Virus record (IMG/VR): IMGVR_UViG_3300045988_117795
Span: 1-13,309 of that record
Origin: a virus
Direction: 5' to 3' (one strand)
DNA length: 13,309 nt
A model generated the notes under the pieces. The model saw nothing but the letters and a program-made list of their open reading frames with translations. It was not told the DNA's origin and searched no databases. A program made the translations under genes and the position numbers. This document shows positions 1 to 7,024 of this stretch, one piece after another. Position 1 is the first letter of the stretch; each line of letters opens with the position of its first letter.

Positions 1-378
1 AAAGTGTATCCATTGATTTTCGCGGACATTTGTTCACCCCACGTGGACACTCTGTTTGTCTCTAGCACATGGACAGTGTACACACATCATAGACAGTCAT
101 ATGACCATGTACAAAAGGTACAATGTATTTGTCACTGATATGTTTCACGTGAAACAACACATAGTTAGTCATGCCTAACACATCCGGAACAGTGTACACG
201 GCTCACGCACAAAACAGTGTATTTGTTTTCGAACATTTTGACAGTTTTTGACGAACAGAGCCGCCGGGTGTAATTATAGCCCCGGAAAAATCGTTGCGTA
301 TAGGGCCGTCCAGGGCTTCACAGACCGTTGTGTATATTGCACAAAATAGAGGGCGAATAATTGAGTAATTATTGTGTA
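1..378. repeat. Left inverted terminal repeat (ITR-L), 378 bp
   Basis: I checked block by block that 1-378 equals the reverse complement of 12932-13309 with no mismatch. Identity breaks at nt 379 (g, versus t expected from 12931). The repeat starts exactly at the window edge with AAAGTGTA. It contains no convincing ORF and is AT-rich and palindrome-rich. Confidence 0.97.
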
Positions 379-454
379 GTATTTAGACTTGACGTATGGT
401 AATATATAGACAAGCCCAAAAGGGTGAAACAAAAGAAAAGGACGGGAAACAAAA

Positions 455-661
455 ATGTACAAGCCAGGAACTTATATTGTAACGTGGGACGATGACCGGG
501 GCGAATTTCATCGGGGTCCGATTTTTGATAATGAACTTGATGCCAGGGCATTTGCAAATCGCATCTGGACACACCACGATGTGGTGGAAGTTGAAATTGT
601 TAAGTGTATATACAAAAATAAGCGGCGGCATCCGGTAACGGTAGCTAGTGCACACAAATAA
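455..661 (+). CDS. Hypothetical 68-aa protein; the only plus-strand gene, at the left end
   Basis: ATG at 455. Double stop TAATAA at 659-664, followed within 6 nt by an 8-bp GC hairpin. The composition is protein-like (MYKPGTYIVTWDDDRGEFHRGPIFDNELDARAF...). The SD is weak (GGGA 7 nt upstream). No family recognised. Confidence 0.55.
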   Translation: MYKPGTYIVTWDDDRGEFHRGPIFDNELDARAFANRIWTHHDVVEVEIVKCIYKNKRRHPVTVASAHK

Positions 662-669
662 TAAACAAA

Positions 670-692
670 GCCCCCGGTTTCTCGCCGGGGGC
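670..692. terminator. Bidirectional intrinsic terminator between convergent transcription units
   Basis: gcccccgg-tttctcg-ccgggggc forms a perfect 8-bp GC stem with a 7-nt loop. On the minus strand the hairpin is followed by TTTGTTTATTATTT (complement of 655-669). On the plus strand it is followed by the weaker CATTATTA. It lies between the end of ORF 455-661 (+) and the end of the minus-strand structural operon. Confidence 0.8.
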
Positions 693-716
693 CATTATTA
701 CAGGCAAATCTTGATT

Positions 717-758
717 TTACGGGTTTTCTTGTCGCCAGTCCTGATTGATAATTGCCAT
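717..758 (-). CDS. 13-codon micro-ORF (MAIINQDWRQENP) with a perfect SD; doubtful
   Basis: AAGGAGG-ttataat-ATG: a full consensus SD 7 nt upstream of the ATG at 758, with TAA at 717-719. It lies between the fibre gene stop and the terminator. It was too short for the ORF track. No other support. Confidence 0.2.
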   Translation of the reverse strand: MAIINQDWRQENP

Positions 759-775
759 ATTATAACCTCCTTAAA

Positions 776-1228
776 CTACGCCGTCCTGACGTAGATATTG
801 AAATTTGTTTCTTTGTAATCTCCACCATCATTTGTTAGTTTAACAGTGGCCATTCCCAATTTGCCGGTTACCGTCACAGGCTGTCCATAGTTCCCGGCCC
901 TCACCCAGGTCCCGCCGGTCAACGCTTGCAATCTAGCAATCACTTTGGAATCGCTTTCCACCGGCATAGTCTGATTTCTGTAGTTGACATAAACAGAACC
1001 GACAGGATATAGTTTAGCGAACATTGTTGTAATATCTCTTACACTTTCCTGTGCGCTTGTCGCCGCCGCCTGTGCATCCGTCAACGCCTTTTGAATACCT
1101 GCCCCCGGCTCTCTTACGTAGGTCCATAACTCTGTCACTTTATCAACGCAAGTCTTGACCGCATCAAGAATCCAGTCCAGGTTAAGCTGGTGTGTGTCCG
1201 GGTATGGAAAGTGGTTAAAAAGTCCCAT
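776..1228 (-). CDS. Short tail fibre / receptor-binding protein (phi29 gene-12 position)
   Basis: ATG at 1228 with AAGGAGGTG 6 nt upstream. It is the last gene of the structural operon, directly after the lower-collar gene. The N-terminal FPYPDTHQLNLDWIL motif and an internal YPVGSVY motif resemble, from memory, the N-termini and cores of tail fibre/spike proteins of Firmicutes phages. Ends in TAG. Confidence 0.6.
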   Translation of the reverse strand: MGLFNHFPYPDTHQLNLDWILDAVKTCVDKVTELWTYVREPGAGIQKALTDAQAAATSAQESVRDITTMFAKLYPVGSVYVNYRNQTMPVESDSKVIARLQALTGGTWVRAGNYGQPVTVTGKLGMATVKLTNDGGDYKETNFNIYVRTA

Positions 1229-1241
1229 AAATTACACCTCC

Positions 1242-1895
1242 TTAGTATACCATTATACAAAACCGGTGTTTGAAATCGTCTATAATATACGTCTCCAAAT
1301 CGTTGCGGCGCATATCAAGTTCTTCCCGCATCATCTGTTGGGTAGTCGTAACACCGATATTACCGTATAGGTGTGCCGTATGTTTCACGCTTGTTTCTCT
1401 TGTTACTGTATTGTTACTATTGTTCGTGGCACTTGCCGTACTGTTAGCAGTGTCTGTCCCGGCATTTTTTGTGCGGTTTTTGAAAGTTTCTGTGTTAAAT
1501 GCCGTTTCGGATTCAGTGCTTTCGTTCGTTCCGTTCGCCGTGCTTTCGGTATTGCTAGTACTGTTACTCGTTCCTGTTTCTTTTTCGGTATTTGTGTCCG
1601 TGTAGTCCTCATTCCGGTCAAAATTGTGTATGGGGTTGTACTCGGCCGTCAATGCGGCTTCCACCCTCTGCCATTCCGGTAGTCTGGTATTGCTCCACGC
1701 TTTTAGAATCCGCTTGAACACATCAGCATTCGGGTAGAGGGCTTCCAACTGCCCCAATTCAGACAGAATTTCATCGACAAACTCTGCTTTATTTGCAGAA
1801 ATGGAATCCGGTAAAGCAAAATCGTCAAAAATAGTGGAGTCGTAGTTATACAGTCCCAGGTAACTGACCGTCGGGCGCATCCTGTTCCAGCACAT
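1242..1895 (-). CDS. Lower collar / head-tail connector protein (gp11 position) with an S/T/N-rich insert
   Basis: Assigned by synteny, as it lies immediately downstream of the portal gene. I moved the start to the ATG at 1895 because AAGGAGG lies 9 nt upstream; the track start at 1919 is a GTG without an SD. It overlaps the portal 3' end by 50 nt. 217 aa, with a 71-residue low-complexity segment. Confidence 0.5.
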   Translation of the reverse strand: MCWNRMRPTVSYLGLYNYDSTIFDDFALPDSISANKAEFVDEILSELGQLEALYPNADVFKRILKAWSNTRLPEWQRVEAALTAEYNPIHNFDRNEDYTDTNTEKETGTSNSTSNTESTANGTNESTESETAFNTETFKNRTKNAGTDTANSTASATNNSNNTVTRETSVKHTAHLYGNIGVTTTQQMMREELDMRRNDLETYIIDDFKHRFCIMVY

Positions 1896-2775
1896 TTGCA
1901 AATTCCTCCTTGTTCTCACGCCAGTCTACGGAAATTTCGATACCAAACATCTGTTTGGTTTTCTCGCAACTTTCCAGCCAGCCCTCTAGCCAGCTATCAG
2001 CCATGCACCGGGTTTCAAAATTGTTAATACCAATTTCGCCACTCGCTGTGCGCTCCCTCTTGTTATAGTTAGCGTTAGGTATGCCCACGGTGGTACAGAA
2101 CATATTATCGATATTTAGCAGTGCTTCTATCAGCCGGTCAGAAATGTAATTCTGCCCCACGTTTTGCTCAAAAAACGGGGTGCTGAACTCTCCATCGTCG
2201 GTGAACATGGACTTGTCAACTACAACTGCGGGGTCGCCGCTTGCCACACGGTCAAAAGCCTTCTTGAAACTTTCCGCAGTGGCATGATTTTTCGCCCCGA
2301 AAACATACGCCAGCCGGGAATTGAAAAGGTTAACCCCCATAGCCTGCGCCGCCAGTGCCATATAATCCCCGTAAAAGCTGACCAGGTCCATAATGCCGCC
2401 CCAATCCCGGGTACATTTGAAAACTGTACACTGCTCATTGATAATAGGGGATTTGATACCTTGCAATAGCGGGTTTGCGATATAATACTGCCGTGGCTGA
2501 TAGAATACATTGTATCCTGACGGCTGACCGCCCTGCGGAATCACTCCGTACTTGTCCGTCTCGATAATTGCTACGGACCCTCCGATATAGAGCGAATATA
2601 GGAAATAGTCCTTGCTCCAAAACTCTGGCATTGTCCACTCAAAGACAGACATGGCCTTTTGGAGCAAATACCGCCGGAAAAATGTGGCTGTTGCGGTGTT
2701 GGTTACATGGACTCCGGACGGAGATGTTTTTGCATCAATCACGTTTGAGTAATTGTAATAGTATGGTAAATCCAA
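1846..2775 (-). CDS. Portal / upper collar connector (phi29 gp10-like)
   Basis: 309 aa, the same length as phi29 gp10. FEWTMPEFW corresponds to phi29 FEWENLP, and NKRERTASGEI corresponds to phi29 KKERMVTDEV (both remembered sequences). TTG start at 2775 preceded by AGAGGTGA 6 nt upstream. Its position between the tail knob/lysin genes and the lower collar fits. Confidence 0.8.
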   Translation of the reverse strand: MDLPYYYNYSNVIDAKTSPSGVHVTNTATATFFRRYLLQKAMSVFEWTMPEFWSKDYFLYSLYIGGSVAIIETDKYGVIPQGGQPSGYNVFYQPRQYYIANPLLQGIKSPIINEQCTVFKCTRDWGGIMDLVSFYGDYMALAAQAMGVNLFNSRLAYVFGAKNHATAESFKKAFDRVASGDPAVVVDKSMFTDDGEFSTPFFEQNVGQNYISDRLIEALLNIDNMFCTTVGIPNANYNKRERTASGEIGINNFETRCMADSWLEGWLESCEKTKQMFGIEISVDWRENKEEFANVLEQDAPDGQLPGTV

Positions 2776-2781
2776 TTTGTG

Positions 2782-3342
2782 TCACCTCTTTGCCATATAC
2801 GGCTTGAATTTGAAAAGCATCCAAGCGGGAATCCCCGTCGGAGTGGGAACCGGTCCGGGTGGAAAATCCGGGTGGTAGATAAACCCCTGAAATGCATAGT
2901 TGCCATTGATTAGCCATTGCGCCATGTTGGTATTTCCAACTGTTGTGTTGGTCCAGAAATACCCCTCCATATCCGGGGGATATTCGGTCAACGGTCTACG
3001 CCATGCGGATTGCGATATAAGCAGGGTCCCGTCAGTGTTGACCCGCTCCACCACTGCCACGTGACCGGCCCCGCCGTCCAGGTCCTCATAACACGCAACG
3101 GCCCCAACCTGTGGAACCTGTCCGGTCCGGTATGCGCCACTCGCTAGGGCATCTGACCACCACTCGCCGCCGTTGGAAGTTGGTAGTGCCGGACGGCCCC
3201 CACCAATTTCCCAAAAACGGCCCCAGGCATAGCAAGTGCAGTTAGGTAGACCATAGCCCGACTGATAAAACACATTATCAGTATAGTATTGTGAATTCTG
3301 CCACATTCCGTTAGAATCCAGACGTGGAACAAATGTAGACAT
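2782..3342 (-). CDS. CHAP-domain peptidoglycan hydrolase, probably tail-associated (gp13-like role)
   Basis: Candidate catalytic Cys in NCTCYAWGRFWEIGG and candidate catalytic His in GHVAVVERV, with spacing typical of CHAP domains. The ATG at 3342 overlaps the tail-knob stop (TAATG). It is embedded in the tail module rather than the lysis cassette. Confidence 0.75.
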   Translation of the reverse strand: MSTFVPRLDSNGMWQNSQYYTDNVFYQSGYGLPNCTCYAWGRFWEIGGGRPALPTSNGGEWWSDALASGAYRTGQVPQVGAVACYEDLDGGAGHVAVVERVNTDGTLLISQSAWRRPLTEYPPDMEGYFWTNTTVGNTNMAQWLINGNYAFQGFIYHPDFPPGPVPTPTGIPAWMLFKFKPYMAKR

Positions 3343-4769
3343 TAGTCCAAATACACCCCGCTCTGTAACTGTGCTACAATCGCTTGTTTCTCCTCCGGGA
3401 ACATTCCGACACCATCGTCAGAGGCGAGTACAGTACCGCATTGTACATAACCTCCGATATGTGTCCGCAACTGTGCAAAGCCTCCAAAAGGCAGCCCCAC
3501 CACATTCGCCACCGGGGCTTGAGAAGTGTAAAACCGGCTATGAAGTACGGGATTTTCTGCAAATCCTGCAACACTGCCATTTGTTCCGCTGGTAGATGGA
3601 GCCGGGATTAGTGATTCGGCGGCATTTAGCACACCATTTACAGCTCCTCCAATGTCGAGCGAAAAACCGGAACCAACGGCAGATAGCACATTTTTAGCGG
3701 CGCCGATATAGTCATTGACGATTTGCCCAATCTGTAACGGCACACCGATTTGCACACTACCGGCGGCTAGGTCCGTTGTCGCTCCGTTTGCCGCAACTGT
3801 ATAGATTTTATATGGAGACGCTCCTGTGCAAAAATCAATCAGCACTTGCAAACGCAAGTCAGTATTGTGATTGCAACTCATGTCCAGAGGGATTGTCCCA
3901 ATCGGTGCCCAGTACAAATCCCTCAGTGTAAAAGGTGCAGTTTCGACAAATAGCCCCCTGTCGGTAAACTGTGGGTGCAATGGCATTGTACACTTAAATT
4001 CAAATGTTCTAGTCGTTGTACCAATTCTAAATCCGGTAACGGTGAAATTCCACCATCCAAAAGGCATAGAGAAAGTCGAATTTGCGAACCCTTGCGGAAA
4101 AGTTGGGAACCACATACAACTGGTAATATATTGTAGCGGATTGAATAGGGCTTTGAACAAACTTTCGGAAATATCTGTAATTCCTGAGAACGCCCAGTTT
4201 GGGGACTCCATCAGCTTTTTGCAAAACGATCGGAAGTTGGTGTTGTCAAATGCGTAGTATGATACGCACCCAACGCTATTTGCATCACTGTTGAGTATGC
4301 CGACTACATAATATCCGTCTTTGAGATTGTAGGCCATATTACCCGTCAATGTGGGTAATAATGTGGTGGTGGTCTGGTCACCAACGGCCTGAACCGGTGT
4401 GATATAATCTGGAATGCTGGTACTGGTTAAGGTAGACGAACGGTTGACATACGCATTGAATGTTAAAATTGTGTTACGATATGTAGCCAATACGTCAACA
4501 TCAAGATAACATATCCACATACCGGAATCATACTCCCAGCGTCTCACCCAGTAATACCGGGATGTTTCCGGGATGAACGCATAGTTGATGTTACGGGGCA
4601 TATATGACACACCGGCTTCGTTGGCTCCAAACCACAATTTTACGACAGGGTGCAAAATGTCAAATGGTTCGACAAATTCACCCTCATACCTCCATGTGGA
4701 TTTTGAAAAATCTTTAATTTGTGTAGAATTGTACGGTTTTCCGGTAGTTTCGAACACCAAATTGACCAT
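3342..4769 (-). CDS. Tail knob / distal tail tube protein (phi29 gp9-like)
   Basis: 475 aa. The N-terminal pattern NYAFIPETSRYYWVRRWEYDSGMWICYLDVDVLATY parallels phi29 gp9 YIMFQNADYGNKWFYAFVT...FEIDVLQTW (memory). It lies directly downstream of the capsid gene, as in phi29. ATG at 4769 with AAGGGGTGA 4 nt upstream. Confidence 0.7.
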   Translation of the reverse strand: MVNLVFETTGKPYNSTQIKDFSKSTWRYEGEFVEPFDILHPVVKLWFGANEAGVSYMPRNINYAFIPETSRYYWVRRWEYDSGMWICYLDVDVLATYRNTILTFNAYVNRSSTLTSTSIPDYITPVQAVGDQTTTTLLPTLTGNMAYNLKDGYYVVGILNSDANSVGCVSYYAFDNTNFRSFCKKLMESPNWAFSGITDISESLFKALFNPLQYITSCMWFPTFPQGFANSTFSMPFGWWNFTVTGFRIGTTTRTFEFKCTMPLHPQFTDRGLFVETAPFTLRDLYWAPIGTIPLDMSCNHNTDLRLQVLIDFCTGASPYKIYTVAANGATTDLAAGSVQIGVPLQIGQIVNDYIGAAKNVLSAVGSGFSLDIGGAVNGVLNAAESLIPAPSTSGTNGSVAGFAENPVLHSRFYTSQAPVANVVGLPFGGFAQLRTHIGGYVQCGTVLASDDGVGMFPEEKQAIVAQLQSGVYLD

Positions 4770-4786
4770 ATAATCACCCCTTGTTT

Positions 4787-4811
4787 ATATGCCCCCATAA
4801 AGGGGGCATAT
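4787..4811 (-). promoter_or_regulatory. Perfect 10-bp stem-loop between the capsid and tail-knob genes
   Basis: atatgccccc-ataaa-gggggcatat. On the minus-strand RNA it lies 6 nt after the capsid stop. It is not followed by a U tract (AAACAAGG follows), so it is more likely an attenuator or a 3'-end stabiliser than a full terminator. Confidence 0.5.
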
Positions 4812-4816
4812 TTTAA

Positions 4817-5986
4817 TCAATCCAGACACAAAACAATTCCGTTTTCCGTGAAATCGTTCATCCAACGCACGGTGTAATGGTCCCAACGAACACTGTAACC
4901 GCCCCGGGCGTTAAGCGGGGTAGTGCCGCTCCACTCGTTAATAAGGCTTGCCCTGATAGCTTCCTCGTCAAAAATTACCCCGAAAACGTCAGCAGTAACA
5001 GCAGACGTTGCGGTGGTAATGGTGCCATCGGGTGCCAGATAGGACGGGGTAACATTGACGGTTGCGGGGCTGTCAATGGACTGCCAGAAACTGACCGGCT
5101 CAAAATCCACAACTTTCAGGTAATCATCGTTGTAGGTGGTGGACATGACGGTCGTGTCAATCATGTTCGCATCATCGGAGAGCAAATACACCTTCTGTCG
5201 GTCCAGCGGGGTATGGCGGGTAATGGGCTTGCCGGTTACATTGATATGATATTTGACGGTCCGATTGGTCAACTTTTCGGACAGCGTACGGATATAACCC
5301 AGCATCCAGCGGCAAAAATCCGTCCAGTTTTCGGGCTGTCTCACGGTTTCGGCAGTGAGGGTCTTTCCGGTGATTCCGTTGTACTTGGTAACAAGGTGGA
5401 TAACGTTGTCCGTGTCACCCTTGAGTTTGCCGCCGATAAAGTTCAGCACTGCCAGCCGGGCTTCCGTTTCCTTATCCTGCTGAACCATATCGTCAAGATT
5501 CTGATACAACATCGCCCAGAAACGGCCCAGTTCGGCGGGGCTGGAAAATGCCACGTCCAACTGGTCCTTAAAAATGGGCAGGTCCCGGGAGTAGGTGTTC
5601 CCGCCGTAGAAATTCAGCTGAAGAATCTTCGGCTTGTGAATCTCATACATATCAACGGACTGATTGTCCGCAAGAGTGTACTCCACGTTATTCTCCGGGT
5701 CCTTGTCCACAACCTGGACTTTGCGGGTATAGCCGCCCCATTTCTGACTGTCAACGTACAAACCGCTGAATTTCCCACGATAAGGACGGATGGAAAAATA
5801 GGTGGTAGACAGCACCTGACTGATTGCGTTCAGCAGGTTATCATAACCGCATTTAAGGGCAGTCGTGCCGACACTTGCAAAGTTGGCAGTGGTAATTTCA
5901 CCAACATCTGCCGCTCCTCTGACCTGTGCCAGCGTAGCCTTCAGAAGGGTGCTTACCTGTTCAAAATTGAGTTCATTCTGTGCCAT
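4817..5986 (-). CDS. Major capsid protein
   Basis: 389-aa ORF immediately after the scaffold gene and before the tail knob (phi29 gene-8 position). ATG at 5986 with AAAGGAG upstream. It has the largest uninterrupted structural-type composition. The call rests on synteny and size, not on a named motif. Confidence 0.75.
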   Translation of the reverse strand: MAQNELNFEQVSTLLKATLAQVRGAADVGEITTANFASVGTTALKCGYDNLLNAISQVLSTTYFSIRPYRGKFSGLYVDSQKWGGYTRKVQVVDKDPENNVEYTLADNQSVDMYEIHKPKILQLNFYGGNTYSRDLPIFKDQLDVAFSSPAELGRFWAMLYQNLDDMVQQDKETEARLAVLNFIGGKLKGDTDNVIHLVTKYNGITGKTLTAETVRQPENWTDFCRWMLGYIRTLSEKLTNRTVKYHINVTGKPITRHTPLDRQKVYLLSDDANMIDTTVMSTTYNDDYLKVVDFEPVSFWQSIDSPATVNVTPSYLAPDGTITTATSAVTADVFGVIFDEEAIRASLINEWSGTTPLNARGGYSVRWDHYTVRWMNDFTENGIVLCLD

Positions 5987-6002
5987 TGTTCATATACTCC
6001 TT

Positions 6003-6353
6003 TCACTTCTTACCCCGGTTTCTGCCGGGGTCCAGGATACTAGCGGCAACGTCTGCCGCCGTCATTTCGGTATCGGTCTGCCGGGACACGTTAATCATGG
6101 CCCCCTGAACAGCTTTCATCATATCCTCAAACTGTTTCTGCATGGTGGACATCATTTCCTCCATGGGGGACTTCTCCGGCTCCTGCTTCTGCTCCTGCTT
6201 CTTCTCCGGCTCCTGCTTCTGCTCCTGCTTCGGGGGGTCCTGCTTCAGGGCTTCCTGCTTCGGGGTTTCATCCGTCAAAATGGGGGCCAGGGCTACAATC
6301 TGTTCAGCCGTGAAACCCGCATCTTTCAGAGCGGTAATCTGTTCGATTTTCAT
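6003..6353 (-). CDS. Scaffolding protein
   Basis: 116 aa, highly charged and helical-looking, with a K/Q/E/P repeat core (KQEQKQEPEK twice). It lies directly upstream of the capsid gene. Its ATG overlaps the endolysin stop (ATGA). Confidence 0.65.
   Translation of the reverse strand: MKIEQITALKDAGFTAEQIVALAPILTDETPKQEALKQDPPKQEQKQEPEKKQEQKQEPEKSPMEEMMSTMQKQFEDMMKAVQGAMINVSRQTDTEMTAADVAASILDPGRNRGKK
6171..6230. repeat. Perfect 30-bp tandem duplication inside the scaffold gene
   Basis: cttctccggctcctgcttctgctcctgctt occurs at 6171-6200 and again identically at 6201-6230. In frame it encodes KQEQKQEPEK twice. Confidence 0.95.
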
Positions 6354-7021
6354 ACATTTCTCTCCTTTTCGGTAATATAGACATCATAACCGGCCTTTTT
6401 CAGTTTCGCCGCAAGCTTTTCTGCGTTCGCTTTGTTCTTAAACGCACCCATCTGAACACAGTAAAGAACATCCTTGTTCGTTTCCTGTTTGGGGGGAACA
6501 TAGTCCACTTCGAACTCTGCACAAATGCTTTCAGCAATGGCTTCGGCAATATCCGTTCTACGGGCCATGATAAAGGCCGCTCCTGCCGGGGTATCGTGAA
6601 AATCAACCTCAAACAAGACGGAAGTCGCCGCCATCATGCGGCACTCGTAGAACGTCTTATTTTGCTGGACACTTGACCAACGGTCCGTAGGCTGTCCGAT
6701 TTTCTTCATCGCATAGGACAGAGTATTCGCAAGGCTTTTACCGGCCTCATAGTAGTAGGCAACACAGCCACGGGCAACTCCTGCCCCACCTGCATTGCTA
6801 TGCAAGGCCAAATAATAATCATAGCCCAGCTTGTCGCAGTCGGCGGGTCTGCCGTCAATGCCCATCTCCGTATGATAGCAGATTTTATGCTTCACCCCAC
6901 ACCGGTCCAGAGCCTTGCCAACTTCTGCCGCCAGCAACTCCATTTGCTCCATCTCGCTACCGTAGGTCCCGCAACCGTAGTTTCTGTTCTGGTCGGACGG
7001 ACTAATGTATATACTAGGCAT
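6350..7021 (-). CDS. Endolysin: N-acetylmuramoyl-L-alanine amidase (Amidase_3 type) with C-terminal SPOR domain
   Basis: N-terminal ISPSDQNRNYG...E...M, then ALHSNAGG and EVDFHD, match the metal-ligand pattern of Amidase_3-type phage amidases. The C-terminal YCVQMGAFKNKANAEKLAAKLKKAGYDVYI matches the SPOR consensus. SD AAAGAGGTG upstream of the ATG at 7021. Confidence 0.85.
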   Translation of the reverse strand: MPSIYISPSDQNRNYGCGTYGSEMEQMELLAAEVGKALDRCGVKHKICYHTEMGIDGRPADCDKLGYDYYLALHSNAGGAGVARGCVAYYYEAGKSLANTLSYAMKKIGQPTDRWSSVQQNKTFYECRMMAATSVLFEVDFHDTPAGAAFIMARRTDIAEAIAESICAEFEVDYVPPKQETNKDVLYCVQMGAFKNKANAEKLAAKLKKAGYDVYITEKERNV

Positions 7022-7024
7022 ACA

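Noticed and set aside
389-394. TTGACG as the -35 of a left-end promoter
   Set aside because: No -10-like hexamer lies 16-18 nt downstream; the sequence there is AAGCCC. The nearby TAATAT/TATATA boxes are only 5-10 nt away.
274-655. Three overlapping minus-strand ORFs (62, 67 and 90 aa) at the left end
   Set aside because: They lie downstream of the late-operon terminator and run into the ITR. Their sequences are hydrophobic and Cys-rich and look like junk. They have no SD. The plus-strand ORF 455-661 is the more credible reading of this region.
1270-1682. 111-aa and 103-aa plus-strand ORFs
   Set aside because: They are mirror images of the S/T/N low-complexity segment of the lower-collar gene (runs of V/L/F/S) and have no SD.
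4877-6043. 388-aa ORF on the plus strand
   Set aside because: It is exactly antisense to the capsid gene and has a low-complexity, Gly/Val/Arg-heavy composition. It has no SD. It would be the only long plus-strand gene inside a tightly coupled minus-strand operon. I treat it as a typical shadow ORF.
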